A stretch of DNA of 64,000 nucleotides. Source: an uncultured virus (IMG/VR IMGVR_UViG_3300006802_013268) (taxonomy: Duplodnaviria; Heunggongvirae; Uroviricota; Caudoviricetes). The position numbers and the translations under genes were made by a program. Shown one piece after another: positions 33,732 through 43,457 of the stretch. Each line of letters starts with the position of its first letter. Position 1 is the stretch's first letter. Below the pieces are notes generated by a model. It searched no databases. It saw nothing but the letters and a program-made list of their open reading frames with translations, and was not told the DNA's origin. Location of the stretch: the IMG/VR virus record IMGVR_UViG_3300006802_013268; one strand, 5' to 3'.

Positions 33732-36376
33732 TATAATCCACCACTATAGTCTACTTCTACACCTAACCAATAAGCATTAAATGTATCTAGTATATTATTT
33801 CCTGCCGCATCATCTGCTATTTCAAACTTAATACTTCTTTGAGATGATTGACTACCAGAAGAATTAACAACTCCCAAATCCCACGTTTGATCTGAACTTA
33901 TTTGAATCCAAGAACCAAAAGTTCCAGAAGTTGTAAATCCGGCGACGCTATCAGTAGAGTTTAATGTTGCTCTAATATAGTAGTTAGAAGAAGATTGAGT
34001 TGTCACGCCTGTTGCCCAAGTACCATTAGATACGAAACCAGTGTTTTGATCGTTGCCCGGAGTACTGTTTCCTCTTCCCTCAATCGTAAAGTCTGTTTTA
34101 AATCTAATGGAAGAGTTCAAACTAACATAAGCAGGTCCTCCTCCCGTATCAACAAAAATTCCCCATGATTGCGAACCTGTTCCAGTAGTAGTGCCAACGC
34201 CAGCAGGGAAAGAATAACTACCAATGTTAGATGGACTAATGTCAACAGCAAATACAGTATTATCATCACCAACCGAACTCGGTCCTGTTACAGAAACAAG
34301 AGCTCCGGCAGCATTATTAATAGTTACCGCATGAGTGTCAGTATAATCTACGCTTGTTGCTTCTATGGTAAATGCAGAAGTAGTTTGATACACATCGTTT
34401 GAAGGAATAGCAAAACTGAAATCATAATTCCCTGCGGCAGTATTAGTAAACGTAGTTATATTGTTTGGATTTGCTGCTCCCACTATTCGAATATCGGCAG
34501 TTGCTTCAAATCTAACGGTAACTGTTTCACTATTGCTGCCATTAGTTACTACTCTACCGTAAATCGTATCTCCTTCAGTAAACGTAGTTGCTGCAGTTGT
34601 TCTACCAGAATCGCTAAAGGTTTGTATTTCGTATGTTAATGTATCATCATCAACAACTGTAATAGTTGTTCTATCTACAAAAGCACCAGGAGAAGCAGTT
34701 TCGCTTATGTTAATTCTATATGATTCTCCCGTTTCAAGTAAGGTATCTTGCGCCAGCGTGATCGTTACTGTGTTTGGTCCACCATTACCGTTAGCGTTGA
34801 TTGCTCCTGGTATTTGAACTCTGTTCGCTTCACCTATAGGAGGTGATCCGCTGAAATCTGATGCATCCATATTGGTTAGATTATCTAACCACCAATACAA
34901 ATTACTTCCGACATAATCTGAGTTGGAAACTGTCACATCAAATGTAATTGAAGTTCCTTCTGTATGATTTGAAGAAGAAGGAACAATAGTGTAATCAGCT
35001 GGAGCATCATTTACAGTTAAATTATCAGAAGTATCTGATGCGTATGCGCTTGCTGCTTGAATAGCAATTACAGGTGAACCATACCAAACATCGTCGCCTG
35101 TAAAATCAACTCTGAACGATTTAGTTGTGGCATTCATAACAGTAGTCGTAGTTCCCGTGTCGTCCCATCGTAAGTTTGTGAACCTACCAAGTTGCGAACC
35201 GCCAGTACCAGTGAACGATAAAGTTACTGTTTCGCTGGCATATGCTGGACTAAATCCATTAGGGTGTGATGTCGTCATACTGCCTGTTATGACTGTCGGT
35301 GTTGCTCCTGATGCATTAGAATAGATTTCTGTAATGGGAGAACTAACATCTAGCGATACAGTATAGACTGGCAACACATTACCAATAGTAACAGTAGAAG
35401 TTCCTAAAGGTCTTGCGAAATTAACATTTTCATGATCATAAAAATGTACATAAAATATTTCGTCGCCTTCTGCATAATCCGCATCGTCTACAAACTCAAA
35501 AGTAACTGATCCAGTATCATTGCTAACAAACAGAGGATACAAATTGACAGGATCTGTTGGAGGAGGAGTTGCAAAATCTGATGTTTCCGCTTGATTCAAT
35601 TCTACATAATAAAATATATATGTTCCGTCAACAGTTGATCCTGGATACGTTCCTCCAGTGTTATTATTTTGTGATGCTACTACTGTAAACGAAGAACCTT
35701 CATCACTACTTCCGCTGTTAAAAGAAAATGATGGTGTTACATAACTAGGCGCAGCAACAGGATTACCGTTTAAATCTACATCCAGCAATTTTTGAACAAG
35801 AACAGAACCGCCAAGATACATTCCGGCAGGATGAACAAACAATTTAAAAATTTCTTTCCATTGAGATATGGGGATTTCTGATCTTACTAATAAAGCAAAT
35901 GTTTGGTACAGCTTGTCGTCTGTTAAATATTTTTCGTAATCTGGTCCAATTTTTGATTCTTCCTGATTCAGAAGAAATATGTTTTCTTTAGGATAAAATA
36001 CTTCTGCTTCTACTCCAAAGAAAGAAAGGAAGAACCATTCAATTGAATACTTAGAACCCTTGGATCTAAATAATTGAGAAGAAAATTTTGCTGCTGCTCT
36101 TTTATCAGGGAACCCTTCAATGTATGCTTCGCCTAAAAGAAGTTCGTCTTCGATATACGAAAGCAAAGTAATATCAGTTTCAGTAATATCTCTAATAATA
36201 AAGAGATGTCGTATTAGTTCAGTTGAATCATGTTCATCTAAGAATTCATAGTAGTGTTCTAGCAAAGAGATAAATTTTGGGTATGCTGCTTTAAAGTGCT
36301 CAGGCAATATGTTCTTGACCTGCGCCCTATTCAGGATTATATTTCTTCTGTATCTGTCTGTAAATCCGTTATGCAT
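33731..36376 (-). CDS. Baseplate-wedge gp7-like N-terminal domain fused to Ig/Calx-beta-like repeats
   Basis: LPE.F...YP.FI..L..YYEFL, FRSKGS..SI..FF..FFG...E..YPK, YQ.F, W....K.FVHPAGM in the first ~195 aa; then EG.S.T repeats. Confidence 0.7.
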   Translation of the reverse strand: MHNGFTDRYRRNIILNRAQVKNILPEHFKAAYPKFISLLEHYYEFLDEHDSTELIRHLFIIRDITETDITLLSYIEDELLLGEAYIEGFPDKRAAAKFSSQLFRSKGSKYSIEWFFLSFFGVEAEVFYPKENIFLLNQEESKIGPDYEKYLTDDKLYQTFALLVRSEIPISQWKEIFKLFVHPAGMYLGGSVLVQKLLDVDLNGNPVAAPSYVTPSFSFNSGSSDEGSSFTVVASQNNNTGGTYPGSTVDGTYIFYYVELNQAETSDFATPPPTDPVNLYPLFVSNDTGSVTFEFVDDADYAEGDEIFYVHFYDHENVNFARPLGTSTVTIGNVLPVYTVSLDVSSPITEIYSNASGATPTVITGSMTTSHPNGFSPAYASETVTLSFTGTGGSQLGRFTNLRWDDTGTTTTVMNATTKSFRVDFTGDDVWYGSPVIAIQAASAYASDTSDNLTVNDAPADYTIVPSSSNHTEGTSITFDVTVSNSDYVGSNLYWWLDNLTNMDASDFSGSPPIGEANRVQIPGAINANGNGGPNTVTITLAQDTLLETGESYRINISETASPGAFVDRTTITVVDDDTLTYEIQTFSDSGRTTAATTFTEGDTIYGRVVTNGSNSETVTVRFEATADIRIVGAANPNNITTFTNTAAGNYDFSFAIPSNDVYQTTSAFTIEATSVDYTDTHAVTINNAAGALVSVTGPSSVGDDNTVFAVDISPSNIGSYSFPAGVGTTTGTGSQSWGIFVDTGGGPAYVSLNSSIRFKTDFTIEGRGNSTPGNDQNTGFVSNGTWATGVTTQSSSNYYIRATLNSTDSVAGFTTSGTFGSWIQISSDQTWDLGVVNSSGSQSSQRSIKFEIADDAAGNNILDTFNAYWLGVEVDYSGGL

Positions 36377-36381
36377 AGTTC

Positions 36382-36389
36382 TATTTAGA
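36382..36389 (-). promoter_or_regulatory. Late promoter variant (TCTAAATA)
   Basis: Overlaps the gp15 stop; 5 nt upstream of ATG 36376, the same spacing as at gp3 and the gp68-like gene. Confidence 0.55.
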
Positions 36390-39300
36390 CGCTCGTAAAG
36401 GTTGGACCAATATAAACTTTTCCTGCATATTGTTGACCATCAACTTCAGCTGCTGACGCTCCTATTACTACTTGATCTGTGGCTTCTGAAACGACCAGAG
36501 CCCTAGGAAGACCTGATCCATTTGTTAATAATTGTTGATCTGGTGTGCCCCAGAAATCACCGAAATTTGCTCTTGTTAATGTTTCGTTCGCTAAACCAGG
36601 GAAATAACTTAAAAGCGTAGCAGCTTTGTTAGAAGTTACTTGATTCATTGTGGTATGATCATACAAAGATGCATCATTATCATTCCAAGAAAATTTATAA
36701 ACCGCTCCATTTGCGTTTTCTGTTCCACCGAAAGATTCATTATTCGCCGAAACATACAAAGTATCATATGTTGAATTGATTGCAATGTTAGACCCAAACC
36801 TTTCGAGCGTTTGTGATCCATCCCCTTGTGCAATATCATTAGCAAAAATATGATGATCAAAAGCAAGGCAAAGAGATATCTCAAGATTCATTTGTTGAGT
36901 TCCAGGAAATGGTGTGTTATATCCTGGAATATTTGCTGCCCCGCCTTCAAACCCTGTGGATTCGCTATAAGAAAGACCAATATTAATTCTATTATTCACA
37001 CCATCTCTTCTAACAGCACAAATGATGTATTGATCTAGGTCAACATTTCTTATGTATGCCCATGCATTGTCTTTATATGTAGATGGTAATATAGAATCTA
37101 ATTGATTTGAAGTTACATCGATATGAGTTGATTGAGAAAAACCACTATTATCTCTAACTGTAAACGTTCCGCTTAATTTAGGTGTTGAAGGAGTTGCGCC
37201 AAACAAACCAAAATTACCCCTTGGTGGATCTGCCCATTTCCATACAGATATACGAGCATTTTCTGAATGAGCGTTTGGATCACTTCCTTGATTGCCTTCG
37301 ACTGGATAACCTAAAATTATATGATTTGGCGTAACAACAGCAGACGATAGACCTTTTCCAAAATGTGAATTCCAACTGTTACTGCCGCCTGATCCATTGG
37401 TGTCATTAGCGCCTACAAATCCAGACGTATGTACAAAGTTTCCGGTGTTAGGATCCATAAAACCAAAGAAAGGTCTAGTTCCAATCTCTGAATTGTTAAG
37501 CACCATATGATTTGTTCCAGAAAGACCTCTAGATAAAACTGAACCCATACGATTATTTGCACCAACAGCATAATTAAAACGATAATAAGTTGTATAAGGA
37601 GAATTTTTATCAAAGAAATAAACCGATCCTTCTTCAGAACCACCGTCCATAATAGCACTAATGACAAGAAAATCTTCTGTAAAACTTAACTGATATCCAA
37701 ATTGATCGCTTAAACTGCCTGCAAGATCATTTGGATTTGTATATGTATGAAGAAGAGTACCGTTCGAAGCATACAAATAAACATTAGATGCATTACCGCT
37801 AACGCCTCCAGTTACAGCAACAAGATTTCCATCTGTTGCTACAGTTCTACCAAAATCGTTTGCTGTTCCCGATATTACTACTGTTGTGCTGGAAACCAAA
37901 TTCTTAACATATACTTTATTTGATGCTGGTTCGCCAATAACAACAAGTTCTCCATCAGCATCAACAGAATAACCATAGTATCCGTTTGGTACAGGGGTAT
38001 CTGACGTTGCTGTTTCTGAAGGATATGAATCAAGAATATCGAAGGTGTCTGACGCAGTTATCGGTGAAGCATAAGAAGTTCCTGGATACTGAGGATCGTT
38101 ATCAGTTATCGTAAATGTACTCTGTACGGTCCCCTGCTCTCCTGCAGGCGTTTCAATTTCAATGGGTATGGTTTTGCTTACCGCATCCATAACAACTGTA
38201 CCAGAAATCGTAGATATTCTGCCGTTAGTAGTATTTTCTCCAGTTATCGTCCAGGTAAGAGTTTGATTGTTAGCAGAGTTTGTAGTTACGGTAGCTTCGA
38301 TGATCTCGCCTTCAATTGCATTTGGAACTGAAACAGAATATGTTAATTCAGGAATAACTGTTATATTCACTTCAGCAACTTCAGCAGTCCCGCCGCTAGG
38401 AATTGCACGATAATTCCAAGTGTCAACTCCAGTAAAATTAGTTGGGGAAGTATATCTGAAAGTTCCTGCTAAACTGTCTTCAATCGTAACCAATCCGTAT
38501 GGTGTTGTTTCTACTGTATATGTTACGATTTCAGTAGTCTCAAAGAAATCGTTGTCAGAAACATCGACGATAGTTGGTATGTTAGCAAAAACTGTAAACT
38601 CGTTAGTAAACGCATCTGTTTCTGGTTGAGAAACTGTAACTGTAACTGTAAAAGTTTCTGTTACGTTTTGTCCCACATCAACATCAATAGTGAATGTCGT
38701 TGTTCCCCACCAATCCGGATTTGGAGTAAACGTCCATAAACCTGTATCGGCAACAACAGTTGCTGTTCCGTAATCAGATTGCGTTCCGATACTGTATGCA
38801 TTTCCAACAATAGGATTAAGAGTGTTTTCTATTTTTATGGTATTTGAAATTGTACCTGTATCTTCTGTAACAAGCGTCCCAGTGTTTCCGGTTACAACAT
38901 TAGCATCACATTGAATATACGTTAACAAATTACCGTCCATATCAAAAACACTAGTTTCAACCTGGTTGATAATTGCAGAGCTATCATCAACATGCCTGTA
39001 AATATTGATCTTCATTTCAAAGTCAAGCGTGTAGATAATTGTTCTTCTATTCTCTAATCCACCTTCATAGTCATCTTGCATTGTGACACCATCAAGTTTT
39101 ATAGGAGTGTCTTCCTGCAAATCAAATCCTTCTAGGGGTTTTACTTGTACAGTGTATTGCGGCGTAAAATATGGAAGAATCTGTTCGACAATTTGTAATG
39201 CATCATCTTGACTTCTAGCATATACATTAAGTTGAAATTGCACATTAAATGGAACTGGAGTGTATAATGCTTGTGCATTTATTGCACCTGTTTCTGCAAC

Positions 39301-39597
39301 AATTGTTCTCTTATTAAGTTTTGGTAACTGTCTAGTTGGATCGTAAGTCATAGCAAGGATTTCAAATGACATCCTTGGTAGTTTGACAGAAATCTGACGT
39401 TCTTGTTCTTCTCCAAATTCTGTTTTGTTTAAACGATCAAGAAAATCTCTCTTGGGTGCATAAGAAAGCGGCACTTTAACTTGGCTTAGAGTTTCTCCGC
39501 TACCGTTTTTCCTGACAACATAAATGTTGTTGAACAGTGAACCAAACACTGCAACGGATTTTCTAATTCTTTCATTGTAAAACCAGTTAGTTAACAT
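36385..39597 (-). CDS. gp15: Tail terminator/sheath stabiliser gp15 with a long C-terminal extension (Ig-like domains plus FG-GAP-like propeller)
   Basis: FY...IRK....FG.LFNNI, KVPL.Y.PK, LPRMSFE, DD.LQIVEQILPYF.P, DDYEG....RR.IIYTL.F in the first ~230 aa; then cadherin-like (YT.P.NF.G.D) and YGYSV/FGRTV/FGYQL/FGSNI blades. Confidence 0.9.
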   Translation of the reverse strand: MLTNWFYNERIRKSVAVFGSLFNNIYVVRKNGSGETLSQVKVPLSYAPKRDFLDRLNKTEFGEEQERQISVKLPRMSFEILAMTYDPTRQLPKLNKRTIVAETGAINAQALYTPVPFNVQFQLNVYARSQDDALQIVEQILPYFTPQYTVQVKPLEGFDLQEDTPIKLDGVTMQDDYEGGLENRRTIIYTLDFEMKINIYRHVDDSSAIINQVETSVFDMDGNLLTYIQCDANVVTGNTGTLVTEDTGTISNTIKIENTLNPIVGNAYSIGTQSDYGTATVVADTGLWTFTPNPDWWGTTTFTIDVDVGQNVTETFTVTVTVSQPETDAFTNEFTVFANIPTIVDVSDNDFFETTEIVTYTVETTPYGLVTIEDSLAGTFRYTSPTNFTGVDTWNYRAIPSGGTAEVAEVNITVIPELTYSVSVPNAIEGEIIEATVTTNSANNQTLTWTITGENTTNGRISTISGTVVMDAVSKTIPIEIETPAGEQGTVQSTFTITDNDPQYPGTSYASPITASDTFDILDSYPSETATSDTPVPNGYYGYSVDADGELVVIGEPASNKVYVKNLVSSTTVVISGTANDFGRTVATDGNLVAVTGGVSGNASNVYLYASNGTLLHTYTNPNDLAGSLSDQFGYQLSFTEDFLVISAIMDGGSEEGSVYFFDKNSPYTTYYRFNYAVGANNRMGSVLSRGLSGTNHMVLNNSEIGTRPFFGFMDPNTGNFVHTSGFVGANDTNGSGGSNSWNSHFGKGLSSAVVTPNHIILGYPVEGNQGSDPNAHSENARISVWKWADPPRGNFGLFGATPSTPKLSGTFTVRDNSGFSQSTHIDVTSNQLDSILPSTYKDNAWAYIRNVDLDQYIICAVRRDGVNNRINIGLSYSESTGFEGGAANIPGYNTPFPGTQQMNLEISLCLAFDHHIFANDIAQGDGSQTLERFGSNIAINSTYDTLYVSANNESFGGTENANGAVYKFSWNDNDASLYDHTTMNQVTSNKAATLLSYFPGLANETLTRANFGDFWGTPDQQLLTNGSGLPRALVVSEATDQVVIGASAAEVDGQQYAGKVYIGPTFTSV

Positions 39598-40520
39598 TAT
39601 GGGTCACCAAAAGGATTGCTTTCTGAGAAATCTATAATATTGTCTGCTACAATTTCAAAATCATCATTTTGAGATTCGGGTTCGTCTTTATCAGATATTA
39701 CAAGAGGAACTCCAGCAGCACCACTATTTAGACCAGTAACAGTATCTACTGTATTGAAAGAATGAAACTTTCCGTCATCCGAACTGAGATTAACAAGACT
39801 AAGAATTCTAGCATCACTGTCAAACGCATTATAATCAACAACATCGGCAGTTAATGTGTACCCTTGTACAGATGAAATTTGAATAACCTGTTCACCCACT
39901 TCCCAAGAAGCATATTGGTTCTCAAACTTACCTAATGTATCTTGAACTTCATTAAACGTAAGTTGATATTGATAACCAAATTTCTCTACGTTATCTATTT
40001 CTAGAATATTAGTATCAAAGTCTTCACCGCTGTATTCAAACAATTCGCATGTCAATCTAAACACAGGAAGATTCTTGAGTTGATAGAACGGTGATTCGTC
40101 GAACACTTTCATAATCTGGAATATTGATCCAGATAGCGGAAGAAAAATCAAATCGCCTTCATGAGGGCGATAGTATTGTTTCTCAGGATTATCGGGATCG
40201 TTTTCATATTGCCCTATGATAGATTTCCACCTTCTCCTAGAAACAACAAAGGTTGCTTGGTCACGAATCTCTACGCCGAACTTCGTGAACAAGTCTCCCT
40301 CGCCATCAAACCCATCAACGTTCTCAATATACATTTCGATTTTGTATGCATCATCAAATCGAGAATAGTCTGTATCCCTAAAGATTTCGTCAATGTTTAC
40401 AATTTCTCTAGGAATATAGTAGACGTCTTGACCATACATCTTAAGGGACTCTATGATTAAATCTTCATAGAGCAACTGTTCAGATCTGGCGCCTTGTCTA
40501 AAATATTGATTAGTCGCCAT
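39597..40520 (-). CDS. gp14: Neck protein gp14
   Basis: EQ.L.EDLIIES.K.YG.DVYY.PR, IEMY.ENV.GF.G.GD...KFG.EIRD, RP.EGDLI, DFSE.NPFG. Confidence 0.97.
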   Translation of the reverse strand: MATNQYFRQGARSEQLLYEDLIIESLKMYGQDVYYIPREIVNIDEIFRDTDYSRFDDAYKIEMYIENVDGFDGEGDLFTKFGVEIRDQATFVVSRRRWKSIIGQYENDPDNPEKQYYRPHEGDLIFLPLSGSIFQIMKVFDESPFYQLKNLPVFRLTCELFEYSGEDFDTNILEIDNVEKFGYQYQLTFNEVQDTLGKFENQYASWEVGEQVIQISSVQGYTLTADVVDYNAFDSDARILSLVNLSSDDGKFHSFNTVDTVTGLNSGAAGVPLVISDKDEPESQNDDFEIVADNIIDFSESNPFGDP

Positions 40521-40524
40521 TGGT

Positions 40525-41277
40525 TTATCCTATGAAGAAATCTGGCGGTAACTCCTGTTCGAGTCGCAGTTTTTCTTCAAGTTCTTTTATCTCTTGATTG
40601 GCATCTTCAAGTAATTGGCGTCCATTTATTGTTACGCCACCTGGAAGTTGCATACCTTCGAACTTTGACATGTTCGTTCCCCACTGATGTTTAATCAATG
40701 CAGTAGTATAGTTCTTAACAAACATATCATTGTATATGCTAGTATGCGCATCTGGATCAACTAAAGCATAAACTTCTGCAACCACATAATCGTCTACGTT
40801 TAGATCATCGTTTGACCATTCGCCCCAAATGTAAAGTCTGTCTTGATGACGCGACCAGGTTGTCTTTGGGTAACCAGAAAGAAGAAGATCTAAAAATTCT
40901 AAATATTGTTGCATCTGATAGTAATATGACATACCACCAGCAAAATTCATAAAATCTCCCAAACTATTCAACATCATCTGATATCGAATATCAAACATGT
41001 TTACTGTTGAGAACGTTGGGTTTATAGGAAACATTTGAGAAACATAAAGAACATCAGAAGAAATAGGAATCCACCCATTATCTTTATCTGTCTGCGTAAT
41101 CTGATGTTTTAAATATGTGCGATAAGTTGCATCAGAATGAAATTCTTGATACATTTGCAAAGCATCATCAACTTTGTCTTGAATCTGTTCTTCATCAACA
41201 TTGATTTCAATTACTGGTTCGCCTAATCTACGAAGGCAGAAATCAATTAGACTTTGTCTGGAATTTGGTGATGCCAT
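40525..41277 (-). CDS. gp13: Neck protein gp13
   Basis: CLRRLG.PVIEINVD, Y.TALIK.QWG.N..KF.G.QLPGGVT.NG, PP.F.IG. Confidence 0.97.
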   Translation of the reverse strand: MASPNSRQSLIDFCLRRLGEPVIEINVDEEQIQDKVDDALQMYQEFHSDATYRTYLKHQITQTDKDNGWIPISSDVLYVSQMFPINPTFSTVNMFDIRYQMMLNSLGDFMNFAGGMSYYYQMQQYLEFLDLLLSGYPKTTWSRHQDRLYIWGEWSNDDLNVDDYVVAEVYALVDPDAHTSIYNDMFVKNYTTALIKHQWGTNMSKFEGMQLPGGVTINGRQLLEDANQEIKELEEKLRLEQELPPDFFIG

Positions 41278-41301
41278 TAATTATTCCTCGGATATCATTC
41301 T

Positions 41302-41309
41302 TATTTATA
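41302..41309 (-). promoter_or_regulatory. T4 late promoter (gp13-gp15)
   Basis: TATAAATA upstream of gp13, followed by a GAGGA SD. Confidence 0.85.
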
Positions 41310-41312
41310 TTA

Positions 41313-43448
41313 TTAATTTTTAAAAGTTAGAGTGATACCTTGTTTAATTTTAGTGCCAGAACCCCTAACACGCGATCTTCCTGGTCCGCTATCTGGATTG
41401 GTGCCTTCCGGCGGATTTGGACCAGCTGGCGCGGGATTGCCTTCTAACCTTATTTCATCGGGCAAAAATGCAATTTTATTTGTAGCATTACCAAGATGCC
41501 AGGACCTAAATTGATATGACTCGCTGTAAATTGGATCAGCCAACCAACTTCCGCCAGGAATTCCGGTAGAAGTGGGAATGAATGTGTTTCCATCTGTTGC
41601 TTCCAGTCTTAGCGATGAAACATAATAAAGTGACAGATACGTTCCACTAGTCTGCGGCGCTCTTCCAGGGAATTCATAAGCATAATAATCAAAATTATCT
41701 ACGAACGGAATATATTCATTCATTTTAGGACTAAAAGGATAAGGAGGATTTGCCCAACTAAACTGTTCATCGGCATAACTTGTATCTTCAATTTGGTCGT
41801 CAAGCGCAGTATCTAATACAAGCGTTCTAAGTTCTGATCCATCTGGCCAACGATTGTATTTGTGAAAAAAATATTCTGCTAAACAAGCTGTTATTCCTGT
41901 TACCATAGGAGCTGCAGAAGAAGTTCCTCCGTGCATCCCCCATTTGTATCCGTCAGCGAATGGTCCAGATTTCATAGCTGAAGACCAATTAGAAGTTCCT
42001 GTAGCCCATATATCAACTGCTGGACCTCTAGCAGAATATCCTTCAACAAGTCTTCTATTATTTGTTGGAGACAATGCTCCTACACAAAGTCGTTTATTTT
42101 GTGCTATTTCATATGAAGGACTGCCTGACCATCTATGATAATAAATTCGATCTGTATCATTAGTCCAGCCACCTGCCAAAACATTAGTCAAATCATCAGG
42201 TTCTGGATACCAATTATAATTTGATATATTGTTCTGACGAACATAATTTCCTTCTCCATTTTCAAAAGTGACATAATAATTACTATCAGTATCTTCATTT
42301 CCAGTTACTACACTATTATTTCCTGCTGCCCAAATGGATAAAATTCCATGATTATCAAATAAATTTTCAAAAGCAATCTCTCTCGCGGTCTGACTCTCAA
42401 AAGAATTAGCATTTTGCCTTGAAAAATAAAATCCTTCAATAAGAGCTTGATCTGTATTGTCTACAAAAGAAGCTGGTATAATTCCAGCAGCAAAAAATGC
42501 AGAATAGTCTCTATTCCATCCACCAACTGGTCTGTTAGTAGTAACGCCATTATTTACAATGCTCGTTACATTGTTAAAATTTACAAATCCTACATGTCCA
42601 GGAAGAGGTCCCCAGCTGTTGTTTATTATTGTTGGATTTTTATATCCTGTTTCTGGGTTTATTGGTTTTGCTATATGCCAATTTGCTATTGCGTTTAAAC
42701 ATTCAAGAAGAGTGTTGTTGCCGCCGAAATTTAATGCATACAATTTAGATTTTTTTGCAAATCCGCTTTCTATTCCACCAGCAGTAGAAGCACATCCGCC
42801 TCCATGAGAAAAATTTGCAGTTTGATCTCCAGTTTGCAAACTTGCTTGACGAATACATGGATCTGTAGCAACTAATCCACTATCATAAAGGTTCCAATCA
42901 ACTCTAATGTGCCTAGAGGTTCCTGGGTTGTCTAAATCATCAAATGTTGGATGAGATAATGGCACACAGTCTGTTCCTGGTGTTAAAGTCTTTGTTCCAG
43001 ATTCATATGCAGATGTGTTTACTGGTTCAAGTATGATTATATCAACATTTTTTCCAGTCCAATAACTTGAATATGGTATAGCAACTACATCACTGGTGTC
43101 ACGAAGTGAAGATCCATAAGCGGTAGAACCACCAATATTGCTATGCCAAATATGTCCCATGTTTCCATAGTTTCTACCAGGAAATTGAGTTGATGGATAT
43201 TTGGCAGTCCATTGAAGCGTTATATCTGTTGGGGTATCAATAGAACATTTTACATATTTGTTATCTACTTTGGTAGAGACTGCAGATAAAACTTCTTCGT
43301 ATTTAAGAATTTCTTCGACTTTGTTTAACAAGGCAACAAAAAGACCAGGAATATTCTCTAGATGAGAAGATACATTTATTTCAGGATGAGTTTCCAAAAA
43401 TTCATTTTGATCAACTCCTTCATGCAATCGAACATAAAATTTTTCCAC
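41313..43448 (-). CDS. Subtilisin-like (S8) serine protease with probable N-terminal prodomain
   Basis: TGKNVDIIILE, HG..CAS.AGG, IINNSWG, AAGN, YSARGP.VDIWA.G, GGTSSAAP.VTG; GTG start with AGGAG SD. Confidence 0.9.
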   Translation of the reverse strand: MEKFYVRLHEGVDQNEFLETHPEINVSSHLENIPGLFVALLNKVEEILKYEEVLSAVSTKVDNKYVKCSIDTPTDITLQWTAKYPSTQFPGRNYGNMGHIWHSNIGGSTAYGSSLRDTSDVVAIPYSSYWTGKNVDIIILEPVNTSAYESGTKTLTPGTDCVPLSHPTFDDLDNPGTSRHIRVDWNLYDSGLVATDPCIRQASLQTGDQTANFSHGGGCASTAGGIESGFAKKSKLYALNFGGNNTLLECLNAIANWHIAKPINPETGYKNPTIINNSWGPLPGHVGFVNFNNVTSIVNNGVTTNRPVGGWNRDYSAFFAAGIIPASFVDNTDQALIEGFYFSRQNANSFESQTAREIAFENLFDNHGILSIWAAGNNSVVTGNEDTDSNYYVTFENGEGNYVRQNNISNYNWYPEPDDLTNVLAGGWTNDTDRIYYHRWSGSPSYEIAQNKRLCVGALSPTNNRRLVEGYSARGPAVDIWATGTSNWSSAMKSGPFADGYKWGMHGGTSSAAPMVTGITACLAEYFFHKYNRWPDGSELRTLVLDTALDDQIEDTSYADEQFSWANPPYPFSPKMNEYIPFVDNFDYYAYEFPGRAPQTSGTYLSLYYVSSLRLEATDGNTFIPTSTGIPGGSWLADPIYSESYQFRSWHLGNATNKIAFLPDEIRLEGNPAPAGPNPPEGTNPDSGPGRSRVRGSGTKIKQGITLTFKN

Positions 43449-43457
43449 AATTACTCC

